This document shows positions 38,306-54,001 of a DNA stretch of 64,000 nucleotides, piece by piece. A program made the position numbers and the translations under genes. Under the pieces are notes generated by a model that did no database searches, had not been told where the DNA came from, and saw only the letters and a list, made by a program, of their open reading frames with translations. The DNA lies in NCBI GenBank assembly GCA_012295275.1, contig CM022671.1:15624001-15688000 (forward strand). The letters are read 5' to 3'. Within the stretch, counting starts at the first letter, position 1. The number at the start of each line of letters is the position of its first letter. This DNA comes from Chrysomallon squamiferum. Taxonomy: Eukaryota; Animalia; Mollusca.

Positions 38306-41300
38306 ATGAGTCTCCAGTGGACCTTCATTGCAAGCTGTCTGTATGTTGAAATTGGATTGACAGTAATTCTGTTGCTACCCTTCATATCTGCAACAAGGTA
38401 ACCACTAAATTTATGTCTTGTCTGATCAGCACATACTAGTACTAATTACCAACAAATGCAAAACACTGGATAAATAAAATAATCAGAAGGACTGGACAGT
38501 TACAGCATATAAAATTAGTTTAGACTGTTGTTCGTATCATCATAAGTGTTCTTTAATATGCTTATACTTCATTGTTTTTAAAGTTCTGTATTATCACAGT
38601 CTAATTATTTTGATAGTACTGTTAGAGTGTTTGTCTGCAGTACTTCCATTTTAGCCTGTTTAGTGTACATGTTATTAGTAAATCTGTTTATTTACATTGT
38701 AAAACAATTTAAGGATCATAAATATTGATATCTTCAAAGCTCTAGTCCAATCTTATAGCCTACAGTAATTATAATTGTATATTATTAATCTGTTATTACA
38801 CTAGTCTGTTGTACATTATTTTATTGTCATGTTATAGATGGCAGAGCTTTTTTCGATCACGGCTAATTCAGAGGATTACAGCATATGGACATATTTATTT
38901 CAATGTATTTATTGCAATCCTTGCTCTCCTTTTCGTGGGTAAGTTTTAAAATTATTCCGTTTATTTTATCCACAGTTGAACAATTTTATTTTATTTTAAT
39001 ATGCTGAGTTTATGGAATGTAAGCGCTCTTATTCCTAGAATGATAAATATATCACATTGTTGACAGTATTGTTCAAGCTATCCTCACATGAATGACATTA
39101 TTTGAAACAGTATATGTGTGTATATATTCACACATACCCACCCACCCACACACACACACACATATTTTTGGGGGTCAACAAAGTCAACATTCATTACAAA
39201 TATTAGATGACATATAAAAGGACTGCTTGCTCTACTGTTGCCATTAGGAAATAAACAGCACAATACATTATGCTAATCAGAATATACACAAAACTTTTCC
39301 CATAATATCAACATTCACTATTCAGTGAAGAATGTATTTATTCTGAATTATGTACAATGTCACTGTGACACAGGGTGAGATAATAACAGGTTAATAAGAA
39401 TTAAAAGCCAAGATGTAACAAATGCTCAAATGTCGGCATTTCATTTATGTGTGGTAAATGAAAATTATTTAAGAAATATAGGTTTATTTCAACTGTAGAT
39501 AAGATTGGTGTTTGTTAATATTTTGTAGATGCTATTCGTGAGACAAAAAAACATACTTTCACAGATGATTCAAATGTCAATATCACTGCAGAAGCACGAA
39601 TGATGGCACAGATGAAGCTGTTTCGAGCTCAAAGAAATTTTTATATTGCAGGATTTGCTCTCTTTTTATTCTTGTAAGTTTTATTCATGTTACAGTAAAG
39701 AGAGAAAAAAGGAAAAAAGAAATAGTATATATATTTATCACACCTTTAGCTTATGATGTGACTATATAAGTTGACTATATGGTATAGTAAGTTGAATTAA
39801 ATTTGTATGGTCTTTTGATTTAGAAGCTCTGAATAAAATAATGTAACAAATAAATAATATTAAATGTTCAGACAGAAATTACTCACATGGCTGTATATCA
39901 CTTTTTTCTAAAATGAACAGTGGACATTGTTTCTATAGAAAAAAAAAATTATACTTCATACCATGCCTGATCAGCATTTCTAAATCTGTATTCCAGTGTT
40001 GTCAAACGCTTGATTAAGCTGACATCATCAACAGCCACGTTGACAGCTCAGTGCATTGCAAGTCAGAAACAGGCAGAGGGCTAATGAAGCTGCACGCCGC
40101 TTGATGGAAGACAAAGAAAATAAAGCGAACAGGGTTTGTAGCCATGATTTGTTTAATATAAATAATTACAAATAAAAAATAAATATTTTGAGTGACTATA
40201 TAAATTGTTTTATTTTTTCCTTTTTTTTTTTTTTCAAATTACAATAGTTTTTAAACTGATGTGATGAAATAAGGTTTATAATTTTTTTGTTTTTTTTTTT
40301 GTTATTTTTTTAGACAAAAGAAGAAGAGAAAAAAGCTAAATTATCTGAAACGGATGAAGACCTCTTGAAAGATCTAAAACAGACACAGCAGGAGCTGGAG
40401 AAAACAAAAGACGGTACACATTTTTTAAAATTAATATGGTCACTTATTTCCAAAATGTATGTTATTATTTATTTTTTAAAATAAATTACTGTTACAAAAC
40501 ATTTTTGTATCAAGAAGAATCTCCATGCCATAACATTAAATTTTATTTCAATTACACAAGTTATTTATGAAACAGTTTAATGATTTTATTCACATAATAA
40601 AATATTTTAAAATATTTCAAAACCTAATAAGCATATTCAAATAGTGTATAACCTTTCATAAACCAAATTATTTTTACTTGATTCAGTTCAGACTTTATAT
40701 TATGACAATATACGTGAATAAAAATGAGAAATTCCTTTCTGATTTAAGCATAATATGAAAGAAAGCGGGGGGGGGTGGACCTTGCTTTCCAGATTACAGA
40801 ATGAATGACTAAATGTCATCAGTAATAAATGCACTGGAAATATTAGACAGTCTGCAGATTTATATTATTTTGTCTTTCAGAACTTAACCATGCTCGGCTG
40901 GACTTGGATTCAATGAAGAAGCAGGCAACATCAACAAATGCAGAATATGACAGACTTCTGAAGGAGCATGCTGTGTTACAGGTCATTACTTTCCTAGAAT
41001 AATATTAACTACTTTACAATTTTTTTCCCCTGTACTTCAAATATAGATCTTCAGCCAGTTCAACATTGGTGTTAATTAATTTACAACAGTGGATTTTAAA
41101 TCTTTTTTAGCATCTCTTTTCAAATAATGTTTTAAAATTGGGCACTGCTGGATTTGACGTACAGTTTAGTGAAATTATGAGCATTTATAAATATATATCA
41201 TTTACAGGCCGCCTCCTTTATTTTCACAGCTGCAATCACCTAGGCTGAGAATTGGTGATTAACAGGAAACAAAATTAAGAAAGTTTAAAACATTTTTGAA

Positions 41301-41834
41301 TATACAGAACAAAAATAAATTTGAAAATTAAAGTTTTCAGTAAACTGTGATATTTAACTGTATGTATGTTAAATTTTAATATGCTGTAAAATAAAGTCTA
41401 ACAATGTAACATTTAAACATCTGAGTAAATGTAGTTGGGATAAATATTTTAAAGAGTATGCATTTTGTTTTGTGCTACTGTTGATTCAAATTTAAAAAGT
41501 TATTATCACAGTCAAAGGTTGCTTTTTCAAGCACTGTTTATTGCTGCTGCTGTATGTTTAAATCATTAGACTCTTTCTGTAAAAAGGTGTTTTCAGAATT
41601 TTTCAAAACAAAACTCCTTAATCATTTGTTTAGTTTCTTTCTTGGGCTTTTGTGTGTGTGTGTACTCACAGTGTATGTATTTCCATGTAGTAACAAGTAG
41701 ACTGTCAGTTTATGATGTGGTTGTTGTTGTTTTTTTCATTTATATATTTTCTTGCAAAATCATAAAAGATTTTTGTTAATTTTCAGGACAAACTTGAAAA
41801 ACTTGAAAGTGAAGTGGGCAAAAAGGATAAGTGA
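38306..41834 (+). CDS. BCAP31: B-cell receptor-associated protein 31 (BAP29/31 family), about 240 aa, with an apparent frameshift in exon 4
   Basis: Exons 38306-38397, 38838-38938, 39529-39673, 39997-40133, 40314-40413, 40881-40981, 41787-41834. Motifs: MSLQWTFIASCLYVE..., MKLFRAQRNFYIAGFALFL, SMKKQATSTNAEYDRLLKEH, C-terminal KKDK* (KKXX ER-retrieval signal). Confidence 0.93.
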
Positions 41835-43002
41835 AATCCAGTAGAAAGGTGCTACATCAACATTTTAAACACTTGTTATGCTTGATACCCATCTGCATTT
41901 TAAATTTCAAAACATATTTTATGTGTATTTTGAAAGAAGCACATGTGAAAATATATTAAATTCTAATAATTTTTCGTATTTTTTCTTTATTTAAAGCTTC
42001 TTTCCCCATTATATATTTTGTGAACCTATAACCAAGAAAAGATTTACTGAACTTGTTTAAAAAAAAAAACTGAGCAAGTTGTAAAACAAATCTGTAGTTT
42101 TTAAATTTAAATGTGTCTGTTCTATTTATTTCAATTTTCTGTTTTTGATATCTGAGAAAGATCTGTATCAGAATAATGAAAATTATTTTAAAGGTCTAGT
42201 TGAAAAGTGGAAACAATTTTTTTTAAACTATATATTGGCTTATTTAGTTAACAGTTAGAGTAAAGTATCTTTAAAGATATGCTTGATTGAAATATTTTTC
42301 TAAGATATATAACTTAAAAAGAAATAATGAACAAAATACTTTCTGTTATTGTGTTGTTTTGGGCGTTAGTGTATATCTCTAGTTCTTAGCTTTTTAAATT
42401 CATTTAGTCACTCATAGAAATGTTTATGATTTTCCATCATCACAACTATAAATATAATTTTGATTATATTGTGATATATGTAATTTAAAAACAAATTCTG
42501 TATATTCAAATAAATAATTTTCAGGATTAATGGAAAAATTTATCTATGTTAGAATTTTTGTTTTTTGCTGCCATTTTGTATTTTTGACATTTGTGGGTAG
42601 TCAGATATTTGAGCAATAACAAACACTGAGAACAGATTGCAACCCTTTATTGTGTGATATGCATTTAAGTTTTCAATTTAAAGAGATTAAAAAAATTTCA
42701 AATCATTTTGAAAACTGCTTTGTTATTTGAATAATTACCAAAATGTACATGTTCAGTGCATCAGAAAAATGTTTACGCAATAATTATCTTGATAAATTTT
42801 CACACAAAATTAATTGTACTTCCATCCTTCTTAGAGTATCAGTTGCTTGTTCAAGACCCATTTAAATAAAACAAAAATATTTGAAGATTCTGCCCAAAAT
42901 TAATTATTTATATTTTTGTCTTAAAACAACAACAACAACAAAAAGAACATGTGGCAATTTATAATCATAGAAATAAATAACAAATAAGGAACACTTTATA
43001 TA

Positions 43003-43048
<46 letters not shown>

Positions 43049-43381
43049 CTTTTATTTTCAATTATTTGGAAAAACAATTCTGTCTGACAGATTATTAAAG
43101 TCAGTTTCCACATTTACAGATGCTGAATGCACAGAGAATAATAAACTGCCTAGCTAATTCTCAAATCCTGTTTCTTCATTTTGGTTCATCATAAGTGAGA
43201 TTAATTATTTTAAAATATAAATGATCAAAAAAAACCAAAAAAACTTAATATTGTTCCTCTCACAATGAAAAAATCTATTCTTTGAAACCATTCACAAAAT
43301 GTAATAAAGATATTTTTGAAAAATTCTGCTCAAAGATTGTTGGAAAATATTTTGTTTGAAAATAAATTTGTATTGTGTTGT

Positions 43382-43419
<38 letters not shown>

Positions 43420-44019
43420 GCACTAGTGAAAAATAAAATACACGTTCCATTCAATGTTTGCTTTAAATTATCTCAACAGAATTACCTTTTTTTAATGCCA
43501 TTTCGTATATCAGCACTGACAAAAATGTTTACATATACATACCATTTAAGACATTTTTATTTATTCAGTGTAAATTATAAATGAAATTATGTACTTTGAT
43601 CTTGCCTGAATACATAATGTTCTGTTCACTACTTATACACGTTGTTATAAGCACAGCATGTATTGGAAAAAAACATCTTATTCTCTATTTATATTACAAA
43701 TCTTAATTATTAAAAATGAATTAAAAATTGATTTTTAAAGATAAAAAATAAATATACAACAATCATAACAGCATAATAAAATAAAATGTTAAAAGCAATA
43801 AAAATCTATTAACAATCAATCATCAATTACTTAAAATGAATGTGTAACCAGCAGGTTTCAGAAAATCCAAACATATATCACCTACTGAAATTGTAAAGTT
43901 AATAATTTTATTAAAATATCACCATTGTTTTTATGCACAATATATATAAGTGAGTATATTTATATCTGTGTACAATTTCAATAATAAAAATTTAAATATA
44001 ATAAAAATGAATTAAAATC

Positions 44020-45284
44020 CTAATAAATCCCATTTATCAAAGTTGTTTTGACATCACTGGAAGATTTTAATTCGTCGATAAGTTCCTGGAAATCTGTAAC
44101 ATACCATGATGATTTTTCTTTAACACTGTTTCTCACAACATTTCCACCATAACCTATGAATGCATCCTGTAAAAAAATGTATAAAAAAAATAATTTATAC
44201 AGTTAAATTGAAGATTAATGTTAATCACTATGTTTATATATTCTGAAAAAGTGCAATAGGTATTAAAAACAGAATACTGAAATTTTTTAACAATTCAAAT
44301 TGGGACCTGTATGTGAGTTACAATTAAAGTCTTAATCTTATTTTTTTTTAAATTTAAATCATTAACACTGCTTAAAATAACAAAAAATGATTCTATGTGG
44401 AACTGAGGAAAAAAGAAAAGTGATATACTAACTGCAGGTGGGCATGTTTCTAAATCAGTTGCACCATCACCAATCATAACTAGCTGCTTGTGTCCAAACT
44501 TTTCTTTAATCATCTGAACAATTTTTGTTTTCCCACCAGAATCTGAGGTTGGCTGACTGCTATCGAAGCCAGCATATTCACCTATTAACATTCAGTACAA
44601 ATTTAACAGTAAAATCAATTATAAATTCTATCTATTGTTATTGGTTCATTTATTCATTAACTGTTTTTGTATTAAATTTAAAAATAATAATAATTTCAGG
44701 CTGGAAATTATAAATAAAAATATACAGAATTTAATTAAAATTTTATTTTCACTAGCAAAAGAATATTTTTAAATAAGAGTAAGATATAAAAAAATTGACA
44801 GAAGTTTCAGGAAAAATTTAATTACTTTGCAGTTTTTGAAAATAGCTTTTAAATCCATATTTTAAATTATAAACTATGTTTCATATAATACATAAAACTA
44901 GCAAATGTTATGTCACACAGCAATTATAAGAAACAAAAGTTGCAAAAATAACAAAATTTTTTCACATTGCAAATAAGTCTGCATAGTTACAGATATTTAA
45001 AAGTAAATAATCTGAAATATATTTTTTTAAATATTTACCAGAGTAATAAAACATTAGTTTGTTGCAGAATATTTTTTCTGGTGAAACTGACAACAGTTTT
45101 GCTGCCTCTGTAATAACACAGTGAAAACCTCCAGACACAAGATAAATCTGACAGTTGCGTTGTTTCAGCAGCTTCACCAAATCTCTAAGAAACAGTTAAA
45201 ATAAATACACAAATAAAACACCTACACACACACATATATAAATATCTATCTATATATATAAATAAATAAATAAGACTTAATACT

Positions 45285-45316
<32 letters not shown>

Positions 45317-46321
45317 ATTTTTGAATACATGACTATTAAAATGAAATGGTTATAATAAAGCTTTTATGAAAAACATCTAAAATAAATTAATATAATAATT
45401 TAAATCAATGTTGTTTTTTTTTTTTATTATTTTAAATTATAATGAAATAATTTAGTACTTGACTAAGAAATCACAATATTCAAACAATTAAAAAAAGAAA
45501 AATTTATATATCCAGATTTCTTAATGGAATTATTATTTTTCTTTTTTTTGTGTTTCAAATTTCAAATTTAACAATTACTTTATCAATTATTCCTGTCTTT
45601 TAATCTTAAGATTGTAAAACAAAAATTAAACAAAGTATTTACACTATTCCATCACTAAGGTTTGGAGGTTTTTTCCTAATAAAATCTGCAATTTGTTGTT
45701 GGGATGGTTTAATGATGTTTAGTCTTTGAGAAAGTGCTTCCCTGAAAGACATAGTGCCACCCATAGCTCTCCTTGTTCTGAAATAAAATTTAAAATAAAT
45801 TATAATATATATATACATATATAAAATGTCCAAAATAACAAATAAATACTTTATAATTAAAAAAATTTTTTTTTAAAAAACAAAGTAATTTACATTTTAT
45901 TTGATAATGCCATATAGATAAAAATAAGTGTATTAAATCAAAAAAATAATAATAATAAAATAAATTAACTGTTGCATTTTACTAGATACTGCCAATTAGA
46001 TCAAAGAAAAAATTAGTTAAATAAGAAAAAATTAAAATAAATAAAATCAAAATTTTTAGATTAAATAAAATGCTTTCTATTAAATTATATAAAAAAAAAA
46101 ACTTTATATATAACTTTTTCATTTTGGTAAATAAAATAAAATATTATTTATTAAATCACAAATGAATCTCACAGATCAGACACTTCTTTTCCAACTCCAC
46201 AAAATCTGGCAAGTTCATCAATGCCTTCATCTTTACACACTGTAGAATCAACATCAAAACAAACTGCGTCTGCTTTTCTCCACACAGCCTTTACATCTGC
46301 CTCTGTCAGCTTGAGTGGCAT
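44020..46321 (-). CDS. PSPH: Phosphoserine phosphatase (HAD family), 241 aa
   Basis: Exons 46321-46173, 45777-45643, 45184-45039, 44581-44433, 44166-44020 (726 nt, in frame). Motifs: ADAVCFDVDSTV, EGIDELA, YLVSGGF, MIGDGATDLE, DAFIGYGGNV. Confidence 0.96.
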
Positions 46322-49300
46322 TGTTCTAAATTGGAAATTATTATTATTTTTTTAAATAAAGTAAAATAAAGTTTTATATTAGCTGGAAACTTTAAAAATA
46401 TACTTTTTAAATTATTATTTCTTGAACTTTGATGTTACATGAGGTTCTAGAAAAGTGTATAGTAATTGGGGTTTTTATTTAAATTAGTAGTTCGTATTGG
46501 GGTATTTGTTTCCATACAATACTATAATGCTAAGATAATTATAAAATTCACAAACTTTTTCTCATTATCTAGCCAAAGATGGAACTATTAACATAAAATA
46601 TTCAAGAAAACCCTCACTAACAATGCTCCTGATCACGTCACTAAATTCCTAAATAAAGCCACTCTATCAGTCTGTGTGTATGAGTGTATTTAAGAAATTG
46701 CTTTAATCTATAAAAAAAAAAAAAAAAAAAAAAATAAAATAATAATAATAATCACGAAAATGAATCAGAATATTTGTTCTGCTTAATTAAATATCGTTTA
46801 ATAATGATTTATTTTCATTTAGAACACTTGAAATGTCTCTTATCAGCTACGTTTATTATTACTATTAGATAACATTGCTACCAAATGTCATCAGGTATAA
46901 TATTATATTGTAACTGTATTAACAACACCGACTAATGCAATAATAACCTTGATGTTAAAAATGTGATCATAATTTGGGGACTCATATCAGTAAAGGTTAA
47001 TAATTATTCACCTGAAACAACGTACCTGATTAACCTGAGGTACTCACGCATTCACATCCCTCAGAAAAAAGTCATAATAAATAAAGGATGTCGATATGCT
47101 TTGTAAACCGTATTCCAGTCATGCGCTGTGTCCCTTTTTAGTTTTGATCGATCATTATGAACTGACGTGTCGTCGTTTTCCGAAGTGAAAGTTAAGATAT
47201 CATTTAATGCGAACAAAAGCAACTGATGACAATACAGATATCTTATAAACCATATACAATTAAATGTTATAACCTCGTGTGTTTTTTTTTGTGTGTGTGT
47301 GTTTTTTAAAGGACTGACTAAGTAAATGGTCAGACGTTTAATAGATGATGTGTTCAGGTGGTTAACCTCGTCACGGCTCGTGTTTAATGGATCATAGAAC
47401 GATTTGTTGAGAAGGAATTAATTCCGCCATTTGACAGGAATTTTGTGTGGATAAAGCAGTAACAAGTGTCACGTTCTTCTGATTTTTTTCATCTTTTTCT
47501 TGTTTTATTATTATTTCTCTTTATAAAACTGTAGATCCTAAGATCGGTGGACATTTTGCCTTTTTTTGGTTTGGAGCGCAATCGAGCCGCTCCGGCTGTC
47601 ACGCAGGTTGTTAAAAGTTAGCAAGAGAAATTCAGTAATATTCATTTAATTTCATACTCTCTATTATTCTGAAAATATTGGTGAAATGAAGATATCTATT
47701 AAATTTAGCAATAACATTTGTAGTAGTAATTCTTATAAAAATGTGTTTGTGTGTAAATCCCTACCCTAGCCTTGCTTCTTATATTTTTCCCCACTTAAAC
47801 TCAGTTCATGTGGAAAATCCATTTATTGATGTTGAATAATTTTAAAGGCTTACGTGACATTGGTATTGTTATTTCACAATGCTGATCGTTTATATTTTAG
47901 ATTATGATCATTTTGTTAATCATTAAAGTGTTTGATAATTCTGTTTAAGGTAAACACAAACTAGTCAAATAATGAAATATGTATCTTGAACGTGATCTGT
48001 GTTGGGTCACATCTGTATATATTCTATTGTCCCTGGTTTTGGGTTGCATAGAACAAAGTGCTAGTATGTGGCTTAATGATCATTTATATATTTTCCGTCA
48101 TACAAATATATCTGCTTCTGCTAATATATTATATATTGCATTCCTGTATTATGGAACTCATAAAAATGTTTAATTCTGATCAAACCAAATATTAAATAAT
48201 AATTTAATTACATGCTTCCTATTTTTAAACTGCAAATATGTGCATTTACTAAGAACAAATTGTAAATTTTGACAGGAAACTACTGAAAACATGCAATGAA
48301 GATAATACAACACATATCAGAAATAAAAAGGTTTTATTTACAAAGTCCATAATGTAAAATAAAATTTAAAGAGAATTGCATATTTATGTTATAAAAAATA
48401 TTTTCAGAGATTTTCTTCTGAATTTTATATATTTTAAATACCATCCATTCCAGCAACTATAACACAGACATTTAAACAGTATTGTATAGAATATTAACAG
48501 AAAACAAAGGCAAAAAGCCAGCACAGAAGTATATGATAATGACTCACAAGTTTCATAATAACAAGAAGGACAGAAAAAGCACTAAGTGAGAGAAGAGACA
48601 AAATAATAAATGTTTAACAACACTTCAGCAAGAAAGAACTAACATAAAATAAGTGGATCATTACTTATTAATGTTACTGCCACATAACTGACTTCTGAGT
48701 TTAAAAAAGAAATAAGTTGTTATGAAATAACAGAAAAATACTTTTGTACAAAATATTAAAACAGTTTTGTTACAACAGGTTTATAAAAATAAAATAAAGA
48801 AAAACGAGACAAAAAACCACAACAAATAACTGATTATGCTATGACAATTTTAATTTATTTTAAGTAATGAATAAATTTTAACGTTATGTACAAACATAAA
48901 CAGAATGTTTTTGTTTTGTACAATTGTTTTTGTTACTTGGCTCTGTTTTTTAAAAATCCATTTAATACTAGTGTTAAAAAATATTTATATATTTTATTAC
49001 TTAAGAATGTTATATATAGATAGATATAGGTGTTAGCAAAAATAAGACAAAATATTTGATTAAAAAAAAGAAAAAAAAACATCCAATAACCACAGCAAAA
49101 TGTATCACAATTAAATATTGTTTCTTTTGTTGAAATGCTTCATTCCATTACACAGCTATTTTTCTTCTCTTCTTCTGACAGAGGTTTACAGTTAAAGTAA
49201 AAATCTTTATCACTAGATTAGTTTTGGTCAAAATTTAAGATAGTGTTATCTAGTGTTATCTAGTGTTATTCTAAGCCTTTGTGCTGTTAAAGATGTTTGG

Positions 49301-51482
49301 CTGTGTTGCAAAGTCTTGATTTTTTTCCTCTGTTGTCAAATGAGGTTATCAGTGGCCACATAGTCTTGACTTGTGAACAGCTGATTTGAACATATTTTTA
49401 TTAATAATATGTTCAATGTGAAGTTTGTATACTGTTACAGTACAAACAACTATCATTTATTTTTATTTTTACTGAGAAAGTGTTTGCATCCAAAACAATA
49501 GTTCACAATTAATCTATGAATAAATAAATAAGTAAATGAATATTTTACAAAATCTTAAATTTATGAAATCTTTTCATAATATATGTATCGATGTTTGTAT
49601 TATGCAGTAATATGAGCTTTTTCAGTAGCAGTAAGGATTTTTTTTATATGCACCTTCCTACAGACAGGAAAACACCTACCATAGCCTTTAATCAAGCAGT
49701 GATTCTGTGAGTGCACCAAGATGGGTTGGTCATATTACCCATCATATCTTAACTAAAGATGTAAGAAACTTTTTTAAAAATCAACTGTTACTGTCAAACA
49801 GTGATATTACTTGAATGTCAACAATACATTTACCTGGAATTCATGGCACAAATTTTAACAAAGAGCACTAAATAACTGCTGTCTGTTTGACACAACCATA
49901 ATAAGAATAATTATTAACTAAAAAAAAAAATATATATATTAATAATTAAAAACAACATAAATGAGCTTTTTCAATCTGAATAAGTGTAATAATGTGTGCG
50001 TAGATATCAAATCCGACATTCCTCCAGTTACATATGTTCTGGTTTTAGTTAACTTAAATTTACTTTCTGTATATCATTATCCATTCCCCTACTGCATGTA
50101 TGAATTAAATTATCCTGGTTTCTCATTTTAAAGACTATCACATGCAATAGATTTCATTTCATTATTTTTTTCTTTACATCTGAATTAAATAAGGGAGCAA
50201 GTAAGAAACATTCAAACAAGAAAACAAAATTTGTATTAAAAAACAAATTACATGTATTTAAAAAAAAAAAAATCATATAAAAAAAAAAAAAAGTGAAAGA
50301 TCCTGGAAATAAAAAACATAATGTCATGACATGAAATTTGAGCATAGAATATAAAATGTAACAGAATGTTGTCTTTTAAAGACATTACATTTCATCTGCA
50401 AATATTTAACATTACAGTTTTAAGTACAGAACTGCAAGAATACAGTACATAACAATTAACCAGGAAAGCTCTAGGTAACAACAGCCCATTCATTTATTAT
50501 GTAAAAAAATAATAATAAAAAAAATAATAATAGTTGTCATCGGTATCAATGTTGAAATCATTGTTAAAAATCAATTTATTTTAATAATAAATATTTTTAA
50601 CATTTGATATTCAGTTGCTGTATTTATGCAAATTTGTATTTTGTCTGTAGAACAAATAAGAAAGTGTTAAAATGTATTCACTAATTCAGCATAAAAACAA
50701 CAATAATAATAATTATAAAGATGAAAAAATATAGCAATTTACTTTGAGACAATGATCAGAAATAATCTAAAATTTGTTATAATTTGCTAATCTATTTTGG
50801 TTTTTAACCTCTAAGATTACATGCTTGATACCGTTACCCTAAAAAAAAAAAAAAAAATGTATATATATAAATAAAATCAGCTAAGCAACAAACCTTAAAA
50901 AAAACTAAATTCTTTACTTTATTATTATTATCACCTTTTTTTATAACAAAAATGATTTCAGGATTCGTAATCTTTCTGTATTCATGATAAGGCATCTGAA
51001 TGAATTTTGTTTTCTCCATGTACATAAGATGAAATTATGTAACTTTATAAATAATAAAGATATTCTACATTCATTGATGTAAGTATGTATCATCCTAAGA
51101 ATTCTTGTTGACAAGCTACATTTCTATTGTTATCTTCAAAAGCTGTTATTTAAAAAAGAAATATTTACAAATTAGTAATCATGTTAAAATTCAAAACTGG
51201 ATTTCATCAAAATAAAACAACTGCTGTTTTGATCATGATTATACTGCTTTTTACCAATTATTTACAAGAAATGTATAAAAACAAATGTAATTAAATATCA
51301 TATTCCTTAGGAGAATAATGAACTGATCCCAAATTTTTTAGTTTTGATGTTTTAAACTCTGAATGTAAATAAAAAATCTGATCTGTTAAATAACTGGAAT
51401 GCAGAGATACAGTAAATTAAAGTTTCCCCATGCTGACCAGAATAAAACTGTTTTGGGTTTTAAAAAAAAAAGTTTATAGAGA

Positions 51483-53952
51483 CTATTTATTTGATGATTC
51501 TAGACTAAGATATTGGTTATCCTTGCCACATGTACACCATGGTTTGGAAAACAATTCCTCTACTTCTTCCAGTTTTTTTCCTTTGGTTTCAGGCAAAAAG
51601 ATTGCAAAAAATATCAAGCCTAGCAATGCAATTCCTGTAAACAACCAATATGTACCTGAAAAAGAAAGATTTTTACTCTTAGAAATTACTGCAGTTAATT
51701 AAAATATATTAAACCAGTAATATAACATGCTGGGTTTTTTCTTCCAAGAGTGAACTATAATGATCAGTAAAAAGAGAAGAAAAGAAAACTAAGGTTATGT
51801 GCATTCAGTAGCACATTATTTTTTTCATAATAAAAGTATTTCCTCTAAAGAAAGTTGACTTGCTATTAGTATTATATCTAAAATAAAAATCAACCCTTTT
51901 ATAAAATAATGTTTTGATGCATAAACGAGTATCTCAAGATCCCAAATTTAATCTTAGTTTCTAAGATTAAAAGTTTAAAAGGGTATAGTAACTAGCCTTG
52001 AATCAAGTCCCATTTGATGACATTGTTTGTATTTATTTTTAAATCAAAATCATATTAACACTTTATGAACTTATGGTAAAAAATTGCTTACAATGCAGAT
52101 AACATTATAGGGAAGTCTGTAGATATGCATGTGTGTGTGTGTGTTGTGCTTACCATATTTAGTCAGAGTTTCAGAAAGTGTTAGAAAGGTCATGGATACT
52201 AGAAGATTTGAAATCCAGTTTGTAGCTGCAGAAAGTGAATTGCCTGTACTTCGTGCCCAGAGAGGGTAGATCTCTGAATTAATCGTCCATGGCATGGGAC
52301 CCATACCTTGCAAAATAATCATTAGCATCATGTTTTATTATTATTATTATTATAAGTCCAAGCATATAATTTCACTTCTGTCACTAAAGGTAAGTTCAAT
52401 ATCTGAAATTAGGTAAAATTTTATATCAGACATGAACTGCTGTATTTTTATAAAACTTGTTTTCCATTTTATATTATTATTATTATTATAGAATGCCAAA
52501 AATTAGTATAGTTAGACAGTCTAAATATGTTTAGAACACTAAGCAATAGTGAAGTAAATCTGATGTTACAAGAACACGAGTTGTCTTGTTATTGTACTGT
52601 CAGTTTATTATCAGCAGAGAATGATACTTAACAACAAATGAAATTTAAATCTTGAAGTTTACAAAAATGAAATTTAGACTGATATTTTTCTAGCATTATA
52701 GCTGTTCTTTGATATATGTGCTTAATTCAATTTTTAAAAAAAAATGTAATAGTTACCTGGAGCAAAGAAAATAAGATAAACAACCAAGCCCACTATTGCC
52801 ATCCATGAATAGGCTGTAGGGCAGTAGTTATCAGCCCAAACCAAATTGTTTGAAAGGTCTGAAGAATTACAGCGACCTAAACTTGATTTTGCAGTATCAT
52901 CTCTTGACATTGCCAGACAAGAACCATTCTCTGCTCCAGTTCCTTCCTTAATGAAGCAGAAACCACAATCACGATTTTCTATACAGGCTTCACACCAACT
53001 GTAAACATAAAATTATGAAAAACATTTATTCAAAATTAGAAAAACCACACCTTGAACTGTTCATAATCAATTAACTTTGCTCTTGAGATTTTAAAATTTG
53101 TTTTTTAATGCCAATCAATTTGAAAAAAGGAAAACAAAAGAAATTAATATTAAACAAACTGTTTTTGTGGCTTTCCACCAGATGTATCCTCTTATTAAAC
53201 TTTAACTTGTAGTTATGCTGGTTCTGGTATATGAGTTTAAATCTTTACAATCCTGCCAGAGAAAAGTCATTCTTCATTATTTTCCAAAACATTTCCAATT
53301 TCCAATATCAACTAATAGTGTTAACTTTTTAAAACGTGTTGCAAAAGTAATTATCCTTTGTCCAAAATCTTTGCACAAAGCACCACAATTAAATTAAAAT
53401 CAGTTTGTATAATTTACCTGTAACGGCTACATGTACCATTATATCCTTCATGAAATGTTATTGGAGGTGAATTATTAGCTGCTAGTTGAAAACTGATTGC
53501 TAGAAAAATAAGACTAAAACAGACACCTGAAATAAATACAAAGACACATTTATTAATTAGTGTGAAATTGACAACATGATTAATTCTAATAAACAATTTC
53601 TTTTATAAATTATTTATGGAAAGCCAACGAAACAGTCTAGTTGCTAACTGTACTTGAAATAGATGATTAATTCTCACTGGTTCATAATTCAGAGGAAAGA
53701 GTATAAAGGTCTGTAATTATATCACTATTTGCTATTCATTCTTTGCAGAAAGTACAGCATGCTCTCATTATTTCCTGTTTACAATCCACTTAAAGTAAAT
53801 CAGAAGACAAATATACTCTAATAAGATTCTGAACTGGGAGTAATTATAATAATCATTAATAACTAGTGAAATATATATGCAAGCACAGGTTTAAAGTTTT
53901 AACTAAATACTATGATATATATAAGATGTAAAGGATTTTCTATTAAAGAAGG

Positions 53953-54001
<49 letters not shown>

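Noticed and set aside
47545-47570. U5 snRNA loop-like ttttgcctttt
   Set aside because: Lacks the invariant GCCTTTTAC loop, the flanking stem and a correctly placed Sm site.
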